A DNA stretch of 63,136 bases, counting the filler, from Octopus bimaculoides (taxonomy: Eukaryota): the NCBI RefSeq assembly GCF_001194135.2. It is 5 parts of 5 records of this genome, joined end to end, with 100 filler letters (N's around TTAATTAATTAA, not from the genome) between each part and the next. Parts side by side here need not be neighbours in the genome. Positions count along the whole stretch, not along the records: positions 13,240 to 26,438 come from NC_069006.1; positions 26,539 to 49,865 come from NC_068996.1; 3 more parts are not named here. The stretch is one strand, 5' to 3'. Below are positions 24,421 to 37,514 of this stretch, piece after piece. The notes under the pieces are model-generated. The model did not search any database. It was given only the letters and a program-made list of their open reading frames with translations, and was not told the DNA's origin. The stretch's first letter is position 1; each line of letters begins with the position of its first letter. The position numbers and the translations under genes are program-made.

Positions 24421-25405
24421 TATATATATATATATATCTATATATATGTGTGTGTGTGTATGTATGTATATATATATATATGCATATGTATATAGATATT
24501 TGTTTATATGCATATAATATATATCTACAAACGCACGCACACACACACGTATATACAGATATTAAAAGATTTATTATTACAAATATATATATATGAACGT
24601 ATATATGAATAGATATGTAAAGATAAGTGTGTGTGTGCGTGTGCGTAGATACATATATGTGTGTGTAGGAGTCTCTTTTATAATTTATAGCTAACTAGGA
24701 CACTTTACACTTTATACTGCGTGGGAGAGAAATGAACAGCCAGAGTAGATTCTGAACTACGAGTTCAAATCGTAGTCAGGACAACTATGCTTGGAATCTA
24801 ACTGATCCACAACCTCGTCCCTTGAAAATACCCAGGCCTTGAGGCTATACTAGAAAGAATTATGAATGTCGCAAGGTGGCACCTTTGTTAGCGCTTTCGA
24901 TAAAATATCGCTCCCTCTCATTACATTCTAAGTTCAAATCTCGCTGAGTCGAATTTCACCACTTATTTCTTCGGGATACAATAAACAAAGTACCAGTCTA
25001 ATACTGGACTCAACATAGTTGATTTACCTCACCTCTTAAAATGCTTGGTTTCCTGCCAAAATTTCTACCCAATGACATCAACATCATCATCATCATCATC
25101 ATCATTAGAGTAAAATTTCTTTTTTTCTTTTTCTAATTCATTATCATTGTTATGATAGTATCAAATTATCGTGATATTGCTTCCATTTTTTTCTCACATT
25201 CTTTACATAGTTGCAATGTTAAAGAAAAGGTTGCGATCGATACCTGGCACCAATCCCAATCCAGAGACCCCTACAAACATCCATAAGTGCTTTGGGAGCA
25301 AGAAAGCCAATGAAGATACAAAAATCATGATTTTTCTCAATTAATCTCCGACAAAAAAATGTACAGCATATAAAATTGATATATACAATCATTTCGAGAA
25401 AATAC

Positions 25406-25495
<90 letters not shown>

Positions 25496-25551
25496 GCCTG
25501 TCTGTCTGTCTATCAGTCCATTTATATATCTATCAATTTGTATATATATGT

Positions 25552-25584
<33 letters not shown>

Positions 25585-25655
25585 AACACACACACACAAA
25601 CACACACACANNNNNNNNNNNNNNNNNNNNNNNNNNNNNNNNNNNNNNNNNNNNN

Positions 25656-25703
<48 letters not shown>

Positions 25704-25835
25704 GCGTATATATGTATCAATGTATATGCATATTTGTAAGATATATACACGGATATTCAAACTCAGTTATAGTATGTACAAGATTCATTTATGTTTAGGT
25801 CATATATCCGTTCCATCGACCCTTAATGTATTTAA

Positions 25836-25875
<40 letters not shown>

Positions 25876-26220
25876 GTATGTGCATTTACACACATACAAG
25901 GGCAGACAGACACGTACACATTCACACATACTGGAAACACACTTTAAGGAAATGTAATCACAGCTACATAAGGAACACACACACACACACACACACACTC
26001 ATACACGCTCATATATATATATGTGTATATATATTCATACGTGTGTGTGTGTGCTTGTGTGTGTGAACGCTTGTCTCAATTTTCGAAGGAGAGAGAGAGT
26101 TAGAGTAAGGCAGCTATACACACATACATACCAATACCATAGACCTATATACAGACGCATGCACACGAACACACACATTCATTTATACACACAGATATAT
26201 ATATATGTATGTGTCTGTGC

Positions 26221-26251
<31 letters not shown>

Positions 26252-26401
26252 TGTGTGTATACTCAAATGTTGCCAAGGTTAGAAACATATATGCGTGTAT
26301 ATTCTTATGTGTATGTGCGTATATATGTATACACATACACATATATATGTAAATATATCACATTATATATATATATATATATGTATGTATACATATATGT
26401 G

Positions 26402-26438
<37 letters not shown>

Positions 26439-26538
26439 NNNNNNNNNNNNNNNNNNNNNNNNNNNNNNNNNNNNNNNNNNNNTTAATTAATTAANNNNNN
26501 NNNNNNNNNNNNNNNNNNNNNNNNNNNNNNNNNNNNNN
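26439..26538. other. Artificial scaffold-joining spacer 2
   Basis: 44 N + TTAATTAATTAA (26483-26494) + 44 N. Confidence 0.95.
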
Positions 26539-26748
26539 ACACCATTTCGAGCGTGGCCGTTTTCGTGCGGGTGACACGTAAAAGCACCCACTACACTCTC
26601 TGAGTGGTTGGCGTTAGGAAGGGCATCCAGCTGTAGAAACTCTGCCAAATTAGATTGGAGCCTGGTGTTGCCATCCGGTTTCACCAGTCCTCAGTCAAAT
26701 CGTCCAACCCATGCTAGCATGGAAAGCGGACGTTAAACGATGATGATG
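26539..26748 (+). mobile_element. SINE family D 3' part with (GAT)n tail
   Basis: GAGTGGTTGGCGTTAGGAAGGGCATCCAGCTGTAGAAAC...CAACCCATGCTAGCATGGAAAGCGGACGTTAAACGATGATG; matches 41195-41590 and 42985-43345. Confidence 0.85.
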
Positions 26749-27530
26749 TATATATATATATATATACATACACATGTGCATACATCTCGCATTGCATTCC
26801 AACACAGACATAAAAGGACAAAAAAAAAAGAAACAAAGAAAAATAATTCTTTCTGTTGCTTGCTTTATATTTCTTTTTAAATTTTCTCAATCAAAGCCTT
26901 ATCAGTAAGAAAATCCAGTGGACCATGAAACGTCTCTGCTTCTCTATCTCTCTCTCTCTCTCTTTTCCAGTCGTACATGATATGACACAGAAAACAAGTT
27001 ACCACACCTGTTTCAGCTATCTGGATCGATCTGCTTCATTAGCCGGTGATATTTATTAAGTACATCTGGCTGGTGCTAAACATAGATGACCCCCACCTAG
27101 TTGTCAGTCTTCTTTTAACCTATGCCAAATATGAATGAACAGAAATAATAGAACACTGCTACTGCTGCGGCTGCAACTATCGCTGCTATTTTGCTGCTGC
27201 TGTTGTGACCATCACTGCAGTTGCTGCTGTTATTGGCTGTTGTTACTGTAAATAGTTTTGTGCATTAATTTTCCTTTTTTTGTTACTTTTTAATAATTTA
27301 GGTGCAAGGAGAGCTTGTGTCGTCCAGAAACTCACTGTCTAACCATGTGGTTTCAGTCCCGCTGCACGGCATCTTGGGCAAGTGTCTTCTACCACTGCCA
27401 TGCACCTAGGCTGACCAATAATGCTTTGTGTGTGGATTTGGTTCATGGAAACTGTGGAATCCCATATGTGTCTGTGTGTGTATATATGCGTGTGAATGTG
27501 TGTATATATATTTCTATATAATATACACAC

Positions 27531-27565
<35 letters not shown>

Positions 27566-27913
27566 GCATGCATTCATTCATACACATACATGTATGTATG
27601 CTTGCTTGTTCCCCCATTCCACTGACAACTAGTGTTGGTTTGTGAACAATTTTAGAGCAGATTTATTTTTTTTAAAAATATCTTTAATCTTTTTCCCATT
27701 CAAGTCATTATGCTGTGGCCATGCTGGGGCACCGCCTTGAATTTTAGTTGTTAAATGAATTGACCCAAGTACTTATTTTTTAAGTCTAGTACTTATTCTA
27801 TCAATCTCTTTTGCCAAACTGCTAAGTTACAGGGATGTAAACACGCCGACACTGGTTGTCACGTGGTGATGGACACATGCGCACACACACAGAGATATAT
27901 ATATATATATATA

Positions 27914-29137
27914 TTAGGTTGGCAACTAAGTTCCCGCCATTTTTTAAAAATTTAATTCTTTCAAAAGGTTTAATAAAAAATAACTAATTAATCAATAATG
28001 TATCCACCCTTGTTGTTTACAATTTCTTCGCAACGTTCAACAAGATTTTCAATACCTCGTTGGTAGGAATCACCCGATTTCGACTCGAAAAATTGATCCA
28101 ACCAAGCTCTCAATTCTGCAACAGTATTGAACAAAACTTCATGCATAGTATTTGAAAGAGATTGAAAGAGGTGGAAATTCGTTGGTGCCAAATGAGGAGA
28201 GTACGGTGGGTGTGGCAGCACTTCCCAGCCATGCTTTTTAATGGCTTCTTGATCATTTTGGCGATATGAGAGCGAGCATTGTCGTGCAGCAGAAGAACTC
28301 CATGCTGCCGATTAGGTCTTTTCTCTTGAATAGCCGTGTTGAGTAGTTTCATCTGTTGAACATAATGTTCCGTGTTGACCATTTGGTTCTGTTCAAGCAA
28401 TTCTTAATAGATAATCCCTTCCCAGTCCCACCATACGCACAACATCGTTTTACGCGGATGAAGATCTTATTTCACGCGCGGTGTCACTTGTTTACCAGGG
28501 CTAAGGCATTCCTTACGCTGCTTCATATTGATGTACAGGCACCATTTTTCGTCGCCAGTAACAATTTGGTAAAGAAATTGTTGCTTGTGTCCATGAGTTG
28601 AGCGGTGACGAGCAAACCAGCGGAGATTGTGGGTCGTTGATTTTTGTTGTTGCCACTTAAAACATGCAGAACCCATGCTCCATACTTCTGAACCTTTCCT
28701 ATCGAGCAAAGATGCTTCTCTATAGCAGTGTGGGAACATTCCATTTTCTCTGCCAGTTCCATTGTCGTTTGACGAGAATTTTCGTGCAAAAGTTGGTTTA
28801 ATTGCTCTTCATCGAACTCAACTGGACGGCCAGAACAAGTTGCGTCTTTGAGCTCAAAATTTCCATTTTTGAACTTGGCATACCAATCATGAGCAGTTCT
28901 TTCAGGTATGGCACCCTCTCCATACACAACACAAATGTCATTAGCAGCTTTTGCGGCCTTAAAATCTTGATTAAAAGCAAAAAGGAGGAGGTGTCGAAAG
29001 TGTTCGTTTTTCTTAACTTTACATTGCATTTTAATAATCTAAAAATAAACTAAAATTAACTAGAGAAAAAACAAAATAGATTCCACAATGCAATAAATAC
29101 CAAAATTTAAAGAAACGGCAGGAACTTAGTTGCCAAC

Positions 29138-29141
<4 letters not shown>
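27914..29141 (-). mobile_element. Full-length mariner DNA transposon, 1,228 bp, TA TSD
   Basis: TIRs TTAGGTTGGCAACTAAGTTCCCGCCATTT (27914) and reverse complement TTGGGTTGGCAACTAAGTTCCTGCCGTTT (29141), each flanked by TA; transposase inside. Confidence 0.95.
27988..29029 (-). pseudogene. Mariner D,D34D transposase pseudogene
   Basis: HTH N-terminus (FRHLLLFAF...SGRPVEFD), IVTGDEKW, CVWWDWEG, LLHDNARSH, PHPPYSPHLAPTNFHLF (third Asp lost); two frameshifts and two in-frame stops. Confidence 0.95.
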
Positions 29142-29181
<40 letters not shown>

Positions 29182-29369
29182 GAATTTACAAAAAAAAACC
29201 CCAAAAGACTAAGACGAGTGTGTAAACAACAAACAGATGCATTTGTTTATATATGAAGGGCTTCTTTCAGTTTCTGTCTATCAAATTCTCTCAAGGCTTT
29301 GGTCAGCCTGAGGCTATAGCAGAAGACACTTGCCCAAGGTGCCATGCAGTGGGGCTGAACTTGGAATCA

Positions 29370-29680
29370 GTACTCATTTTTTAATTTTTTTAAAGTTTGG
29401 TACTTAGCCTGTTGGATTCTTTTGTCTAACTGCTAAGTTATGGGGATGTAAACAGACAAACATTGGTTGTCAAGCAGTGGTGAGGGAAACCACCAAGACA
29501 CACACACACACCCACACACAATGGGCTTCTTTCAGTTTCCATCTACCAAATCCATCCACAAGGGTTTGGCCAGCCTGGAGCTTTAGTAAAAGACACATAT
29601 CCAAGGTGCCACACAGTGGGACTGAACCTGAAACCATGTTGTCAAGAAGCAAACTTCTTACCACACAGCAATGCCTGTGA
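29370..29680 (-). mobile_element. SINE A copy (tail 5'-degraded)
   Basis: CTGCTAAGTTATGGGGATGTAAAC...(CA)n...GGGCTTCTTTCAGTTTCCATCTACCAAATCC...CTTACCACACAGC. Confidence 0.8.
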
Positions 29681-30350
29681 AGAAATTCGCCACCCCCACC
29701 AAAATGATAATATTACAAGTGGATGCTTATTTTGAAATTATGCAAAATCAACAACTTCAGCTGGAAAATAATTGAATAGTTAATTATCCTGTGAAAATTA
29801 ATTCACAGGTGGTTTTTAAAAACCAAATTGACAAAGGAATGAAAAGGCATTACGATGGAAAGAGGGATGGACATCACAATGAGGATAGTCATGTTTAGAT
29901 TTGATTGAAAAGGGATGAAAGCCACATCGAGGCATTCGAGATAGACAATAGAAAAAAATTATATTTTTATGATAATATACTCAAACTGGAATTCTTCCTG
30001 TTTTACTAACTTCATTTCATAATAAACATGAAGCTTCTGTAGTTTTAGCTACATTATAAATATAGAAATATTTTAATTACTTCTGTCTCCTTTATAATTA
30101 GGTGTCTTTCTTTCTTGCTTTCTGCTTGTCTCCATTTTTGAGGATTGGGGAAAGGGAAGTCTTTCGTTTTCCCTATTACCCTTAGCAGCTTGCCAGTCCA
30201 TTCTCATATGGGGTGATTGTGACTGAGTTTAAATATAGACACTAGTGTCAGCGTCACCTTTTTTAGGGTCCTTGTGTTATTACATTGGCCTATGTATTGT
30301 GCTACGAGCTTATGGATAGATGTGTGGCACGCCAGTTCAGCCTACTTACG

Positions 30351-30610
30351 TACTCTCATTGTCAATATAGTCCCATCTGCCTGTGCCCAACATACTCTCA
30401 TTGTTAATATAGTCCCATCTGCCTGTGCCCAACATACTCTCGTTATCAATATGGTCCCATCTGCCTGTGCCCAACATACTCTCATTGTCAATATAGTCCC
30501 ATCTGCCTGTGCCCAACATACTCTCGTTGTCAATATAGTCCCATCTGCCTGTGCCCAACATACTCTCGTTATCAATATGGTCCCATCTGCCTGTACCCAT
30601 CTGTCTGTGC
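30351..30610 (+). repeat. 42-bp minisatellite, 6 units
   Basis: Unit TACTCTC(A/G)TT(G/A)T(C/T)AATAT(A/G)GTCCCATCTGCCTGTGCCCAACA starting 30351, 30393, 30435, 30477, 30519, 30561. Confidence 0.95.
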
Positions 30611-31569
30611 CCAGCTCATATTATTAATCGAGCACTCGATGTGCTATACATCTTTTAGAAGGGGTAGTAAAGTCCCATTTAGCTCTGGCAAAGTAAAAGC
30701 ATCTTGCTTTTCATCTTTAAGTTCCCTGGAGTAGGAAGTACACACCATTGTGACATAAAGCTTTCTTTTTTTTTTTTTTTCTTTCTGTCTGTGTGTCACT
30801 GTATTCATATCTGAAACAACTTCCCTTTGGCTTATGATGCTGCTAGAAATGTTATAAACTTGTTAATATCTTATAAGTTTTGTTGTTATTGTGTTAACAC
30901 TCCTGTTCATGAGGAAGTTTGCATTTTTGGGTGTCAAGTTCTGACTTCTTAGATTTGCAAGTACATGTATTTGCTTCACTATAATTTCCTTTTTTTTTTT
31001 ACATTCAGCATTTTTTTTTTTGAATTTGCATTCCTGTTCCATTTCTTCGTAGTACCTCTGCCTACTCCTCCAGTACAAGAAACCATATTGCATAGTTAAA
31101 CAAAAAGAAAGAACCAAAAAATTTCAGAAAAAGACAAAACAAAACCGATCTTTTATTTACTTCAGATATTGGAATAGATGTCTACGCATTATGAAGTTCC
31201 TTGTTTGCAAAAAAAAAAAAAAGAACCTCCTCTCAAAACAAAAATAATAATAATAATAATAATATTAATAATAATGCTTTCTTTATTGATAATTATAATT
31301 TTTGCCCAGTAATATTTGGTAATGGCCCAATTCTGTCAGAGCAGTTTGACATATCGCTTTATTATTATTATCAAGTGAGGGAGCAGTGCATGCCACCAAA
31401 GTGACACTGGGGTACAAAAATACAAAGCCCAGTATACCCATCATGACTACCCGCCCGATAAGGGTATACCAGGCTATTGACATTTCGATGTAATAACAAC
31501 AAAAAGAGCAACAGTTTATTATCATTATCTAAGATTTTAGATTTGAAAAATTATTATTATTATTATTTT

Positions 31570-32115
31570 CAAATTCTTGCCAAGGTCGATTCTATCTTTC
31601 ATCCTTTCAGGGTCAATACAACATACCAGCTGGGTTGGTGTAATCAGCTTACCCACGACCCACCTCAAATTGCTGTCTTTATGCCAAAATTTGAAACAGT
31701 CATTATTATGGCGGTGTGCTGGCAGAATCGTTAGCACGCCAGGTGGAATGCTAATCGGTATTTCATCTGTCGCTACATTCTGAGTTCAAATTCTGCCGAG
31801 TTCGACTTTGCCTTTCATCCTTTCAGGGTCGATTAAATAAGTACCAGTTACGCACTGGGGTCGATATAATCAACTTAATCCATTTGTTTGTCCCTGTTTG
31901 TCCCCTCTGTGGGTAGTAAAGAAATAAGAATCATTAGCATGCCGGGCAAAATGCTTAGCATTGTTCATTTTTATGTTCTGAGCACAAATTCCAGTGAAGT
32001 CAACTTTGCCTCTCATCTTCCTGGAGTTGTTCAAATAAGTACCAGTTGAACACTGGAGTCAATGTAAACGATTTCTCCACCCCTCAGAAATGCTGGCCTT
32101 GTGCCAAAATAAAAA
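31570..32115 (+). mobile_element. Cluster of three SINE B copies/fragments
   Basis: Three successive ...GACT/TTTGCC...TTCATCCTTTCAGGGTC / AGTACCAGTT segments. Confidence 0.8.
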
Positions 32116-32134
32116 AAAGATTATTATTATTATT

Positions 32135-32676
32135 GAGTGAGAGGGCAATGCATGCCATCAAAGTGACGCTGGGGTACAAATATACGGAGCCCTATATAAC
32201 CATCATGGCTAACTGTCTGATAAGGGCACATCAAGTACATGCATCATAACCATATGTGCAGGACATAATGACCTTATATCAAGATAAACAGCGCATGACC
32301 TCACAGGTGGGGCCCAGTTAGAATTTTCTTCAGGTTGAGTAGCCCATCCTACTCAAAAGGTATCAGAATGAGGATTGTTTAAGGATGATGAACTGAACAC
32401 CCATGTTTCCAAAGGTGAATTTTTCAAGCCCTAAAGAATTCCTCTCAACACATGGCTATGATGCTCCCTCATTAGTTCTACTTGTGATCAGAGATGCACA
32501 TATCATCAGCCACCAAGGGACATGCTCAACTGGTTAAGGTCAAGCAACTGACAAGCAAATCTGTGGTATTGAACTGAATATTTATTGTAGCCCATCTTTT
32601 ATACCAAGACAAAACATGTACATGATAACATTTCCAATCAGTTAAGATCAGAAGCCATGAGAGCTACTGCCTGGTA
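32135..32676 (-). mobile_element. Interspersed element embedded in (TAA)n; short 3' copy at 31373-31474
   Basis: GAGTGAGAGGGCAATGCATGCCATCAAAGTGACGCTGGGGTACAAA matches 31373 AAGTGAGGGAGCAGTGCATGCCACCAAAGTGACACTGGGGTACAAA; both begin next to a (TTA)n run. Orientation inferred from the tail. Confidence 0.65.
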
Positions 32677-32862
32677 TTATTATTATCATCATCATTAATA
32701 TTATTATTGGCAAAAAGTCAGAAATTTTATAGGCGAGACGTACACAGTTGATTTAATTGATCTTACTTACATTACTAGAATTTAATCTATTAACACCACA
32801 AAGATGAAAGCCAAAGTGAAAGCCTGTGAGATTTGAACTTAGAATCTAAAGGGATATGATGC

Positions 32863-32908
<46 letters not shown>

Positions 32909-33190
32909 TTGGTTTTAGATTAATGTCTGAGATGTTAGTCTGTACAACTTATAACCTTATTGTTTCTATAGCTCATCTTTAGTTGTTTTATGTTATATAT
33001 ATATATATGTTTATATTTACATACTAGACTACCTGTGACACGTTGGGTCACCTGGAAAGTCTGAGTTTCCTAGCAACGGAGTTTTCTTTCGTAGGTTTTT
33101 GTTGTTGTTGTTTCCATGTTATTTTGCATGCTTTCAACAAATGTGACATCGAAATCAAATGTGTAAATGGCTCCTTTCCCCAGAAAAAGG

Positions 33191-33309
33191 AAAGATTTGG
33201 CTGCTACTTCTTGCATGCCCTGCTACCATGTAACAGGTATTTTGGGTTTTTTATTGCAAATAGCTGTTATGTGGTAGCAGGGCATGCTAGAAATAGCAGC
33301 CAAATCTTT
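33191..33309. repeat. Hairpin, 52-bp arms (47/52 identical), 15-nt loop; probably MITE-derived
   Basis: 33191-33242 vs reverse complement of 33258-33309; the arm motif GATTTG(G/A)CTGCTATTTC recurs singly at ~36395 and ~50253. Confidence 0.9.
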
Positions 33310-33572
33310 GGAGCTGAGATACGTTGAATGCACTTGAAAAAAATTTTGTAATGGTATTCCCTTGGGGTGATCTTACACTTTGACTCTCAGAATTGTCATC
33401 TGGATCAGCTGGTTCTGTTCGTTAATTTCCGTAAAAAATGTTTATTTATTCACTTTTGTTTCCAAGTGAAGAGAGGAGAAAGTGAAAGATGTATGAACAT
33501 GTATATGAAATGGATATGTGTGTATGAGAGAGAGAGTGCCACTTACACATATATGAGAATGCACAAGTTCAC

Positions 33573-33640
<68 letters not shown>

Positions 33641-34127
33641 CCTCCCTCTCCCTCACAAACATGCACACGTACCAGCAAAAAAATATACGCATATGTTTTG
33701 ATGTATATACATATACATGACAATATATGCTTCACTCTCTCTCTCGCTCGCTCTCTTCCTCTCTCTTTCACACACACACACGTACATACATCTTTCACTT
33801 TCCTTTTTCTTTCAATGTGTGTATATGTCACAGATAGTAGACGTGTGTTTGTGTTGAATGACACACCATAACATTTATTATATGTGTATGTATTCTTATG
33901 TGTCAACGTCATGGAAGCCATGATTTTTCTTCGTCAAGAAATAACAAATAAAAATTGTGTTTAATCATTTTTGTTAATAAATAGAGGTCCAAATATCACA
34001 GAAATTTGTACTGCACTGCTGAAGGTAAGTATGAAAATAAATATGCAAAAAAAAAACATTAAATAAAATATACTATTTCTCAGATATTTCGGGTACACAC
34101 AGACATCTCTAGAATTTTAGTATTATT

Positions 34128-34167
<40 letters not shown>

Positions 34168-35356
34168 NNNNNNNNNNNNNNNNNNNNNNNNNNNNNNNNN
34201 NNNNNNNNNNNNNNNNNNNNNNNNNNNNNNNNNNNNNNNNNNNNNNNNNNNNNNNNNNNNNNNNNNNNNNNNNNNNNNNNNNNNNNNNNNNNNNNNNNNN
34301 NNNNNNNNNNNNNNNNNNNNNNNNNNNNNNNNNNNNNNNNNNNNNNNNNNNNNNNNNNNNNNNNNNNNNNNNNNNNNNNNNNNNNNNNNNNNNNNNNNNN
34401 NNNNNNNNNNNNNNNNNNNNNNNNNNNNNNNNNNNNNNNNNNNNNNNNNNNNNNNNNNNNNNNNNNNNNNNNNNNNNNNNNNNNNNNNNNNNNNNNNNNN
34501 NNNNNNNNNNNNNNNNNNNNNNNNNNNNNNNNNNNNNNNNNNNNNNNNNNNNNNNNNNNNNNNNNNNNNNNNNNNNNNNNNNNNNNNNNNGGGGGGGGGG
34601 GGTCAGTACAATTTTTTTTTGTCTAACTTCTTTCTTTCTCTTTCTGTTGATTGTTTTCAACCATCACCAGTACCACCACTATCACCACCACAACTGCCAC
34701 ACACACACACACCATTCAGACTTCTGACGCCACTACCATCAACACCTTTGACATCGCCACCTTCCCCTCCACCACCATCACCATTGTCTTTCACATCCCT
34801 TACTATCACTGTCATGCTTGACTGCCTCGGCTACCACCACCACCACTACTACCACCACCACCACTACTACCACTACCACCACTACTACCACCACTACTAC
34901 CACCACCATCATCACCGTCGCCTCCACCTCTATCACAACTACAGCTCATACTATTACTATCACCCCATTATCATCACAACTGTCAATCTACTACCACCCT
35001 CACCATCTCTATGCCTACCATTACCCTCGCCCCAGAAAGAGGAGTAGAAGAAGTGTCATTGAATAGTGAGGAGGGGGGTCAAAGTGTGACACACTGACAC
35101 ACAGAAATTCGTTTTGGCATTTATTATTATAGATATATGCATATATATATATATAGAGAGAGAGAGATANNNNNNNNNNNNNNNNNNNNNNNNNNNNNNN
35201 NNNNNNNNNNNNNNNNNNNNNNNNNNNNNNNNNNNNNNNNNNNNNNNNNNNNNNNNNNNNNNNNNNNNNNNNNNNNNNNNNNNNNNNNNNNNNNNATATA
35301 TATCATATTTATGTATTTATGTTTATATATGTATATATTTATGTTTATGTATTTAT

Positions 35357-35421
<65 letters not shown>

Positions 35422-35875
35422 CATATACACACACATTACTTACCACGTTTTGATACTTTTTTTTATATATATTTTGAGAGTTAAGAAAAAATCTTATGGA
35501 TTTGTCAGAAAATGAATGACAATCTTCATGAGCCCTTTTGTCTTTCGAGACAACTGAGAAGAAAGAAGAGAGAAAGTTATTCTTTCTGTTGGTGCCTTGC
35601 TTGAATACGTTCAATAAAGTGTATTCTTTTTATAGACCTTGGTTGACCAAAGTTTTGTAGGTGAATCTGACAGTTGGAAACTGAAAGAAGCCCATTTTGT
35701 GTGTGTGTGTGTGTATGTCTGTTTTTCATAGTGTTTGACATCATGTATTAATTGTGAACATGCTTTACTGTCAGTGACTTTTGTTCGCAATCTTCTGTGA
35801 AAACATGTCTGGACTACGGATAAAAATACTACTTTGCTTGGAAACAGTTGACAGTTGGTCACAGGAACAAATATC

Positions 35876-36111
35876 TATTTCTTTATTGCACACAGGGGGC
35901 TAAGCATAGAGGGGACAAACAAGGACAGACAAGGGGATTAAGTCGATTACATCGACCCCAGTGTGGTAACTGGTATTTAATTTATTGACCCCGAAAGGAT
36001 GAAAGGCAAAGTCAACCTCGGCGGAATTTGAACTCAGAACGTAACGGCAGACGAAATACCGCTAGGCATTTCGCCCGGCGTTCTAACGTTTCTACCAGCT
36101 CTCCACCTTCC
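35876..36111 (-). mobile_element. SINE B with 20-bp TSD, nested in an older SINE tail
   Basis: TGGTCACAGGAACAAATATC (35856-35875) and TGGTGACAGGAACAAATATC (36112-36131) flank a full reverse-complement family B copy. Confidence 0.9.
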
Positions 36112-36661
36112 TGGTGACAGGAACAAATATCAGGCCATAGAAAACTTGTCTCAATAAACCTCATTTAGTTTCAACTCCTGACCTCTCAACAAGGACTTAG
36201 GCTGCTGATGTTTTCTCACCCTCTGGGTCATACATGATTAAACAGACTAAAGATTAAAGATCTTTCAACCTTGACTGTCCTTTGTCTCTTTTCTTTCCTT
36301 CCAGCCAGTATATCTAAGATTATCATTATTATTACCCAGTATGTTCTTAATTATTTTGTTAAATTTTTTCATCAGTAAGCTAATGAAACCAAGGAGATTT
36401 GACTGCTATTTCTTGCAAGTTGACAGACAACAAAGCAAGACTCCCTCATCCTGTTAAGTACAGAGGCAGTTAATTTCCATGTAGAGTTTAGTTAAAGGAT
36501 AAGTAACATTAGCAGCAGTGATAGGAATACAGCATAAGTGTGTATATTTATTTGCTTGTAAATATATCTACAGTGAGTCTGTTGACAGTATATCAACTGC
36601 TGGGTGTTAAAATTCCCTGTCCGTGTCCTGAATGGGTTTACAGATTTTGTTGTTTAAACAG

Positions 36662-36764
36662 GATATAGATATTAATCTCCTACAGCAGAACATTCTTGGT
36701 TGGTGCCAACATTTTGCTTATGACATTGCAGACCTGGTTTGTCCAGTTGTCGGTGGTGGGCATG
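36662..36764 (+). CDS. Candidate internal exon (DIDINLLQQNILGWCQHFAYDIADLVCPVVGGGH)
   Basis: Acceptor TTGTTGTTTAAACAG|, donor CATG|GTAATA; open in one frame only; unique-looking sequence. No homolog recognised. Confidence 0.25.
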
Positions 36765-37514
36765 GTAATATTGGCTCACGTTAAGGACTTGATATGGCAC
36801 ACACTGTATTTGTTATGATAAACAAGTTTCCCTGATTCTATTGTAGCAGTTACCTTGTGTCTTAAATGTGATTACGTACACATGCATGTATGCAAAAGCA
36901 CTTACATACATCGACAGCTACATATGCTAAAATGCATTTTATTTATATCTATGTCTCTCTCTCTCTCTCCCTCCCTCTCTCTCTCTCTCTGTCTCTCTCT
37001 CTCTCTTTCATATTAAGGAAAGTGGGTCATGCAACAGTATAACAGATGCTAAACCCAAACCAACAAGGGAGTTTCACTCTTGTCTTGTGACCTGCTAGAT
37101 GTAGCAGCCATATTTCTTCCAACACACACACACACACAGAGGCACATATACACATTGGGTGATGTGTGTGTGTGTGTGTGGTTGAGTGGTTAGTGCACTG
37201 AGCTGTGATCGTAAGACACAGAGTTCAATTTTTCCTGCACCAAGCAGTGTATTGTTTTGTCTTTGAAAGCAAAACACTCAATTTTGTGTCGTTTCAGTCA
37301 ACTCAGGTGTACTACACTATTACCAGTCTAGAACCGGTGAAGCCTTCTCTCTTTTCACCTGTCACATCCTGGATATTCCACGGATCCCTGAGGATATCTT
37401 GTGTTTGCATGTGACTGCACAGGTACCAGAAACAATTAGCAAAAAACATGATACATGTTACCAAGTTATCATTACTTCATTGTGAGTGACATATGTATAC
37501 ACATATATACATAT

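Larger units (their letters stand above)
27690..29360 (-). mobile_element. SINE A split by the mariner insertion (tail 27690-27895, head 29250-29360)
   Basis: Tail and head are in the same orientation and order as in intact copies, separated by (TA)n, the mariner and a short fragment. Confidence 0.7.

Noticed and set aside
30351-30610. CRISPR-like appearance of the 42-bp array and of the 62-bp hairpin array (56296-56628)
   Set aside because: Units are contiguous with no unique spacers, there are no cas genes, and the context is eukaryotic.
30863-31117. Minus-strand ORF YGFLYWRSRQRYYEEMEQECK...
   Set aside because: Depends on poly-A runs, has no good acceptor and no homology I recognise.
37310-37425. 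Exon-like frame SRTGEAFSLFTCHILDIPRIPEDILCLHVTAQ with a GTACC donor
   Set aside because: Aligns by eye with the SINE body at 5055-5135 and follows a degenerate SINE head, so it is a decayed SINE.
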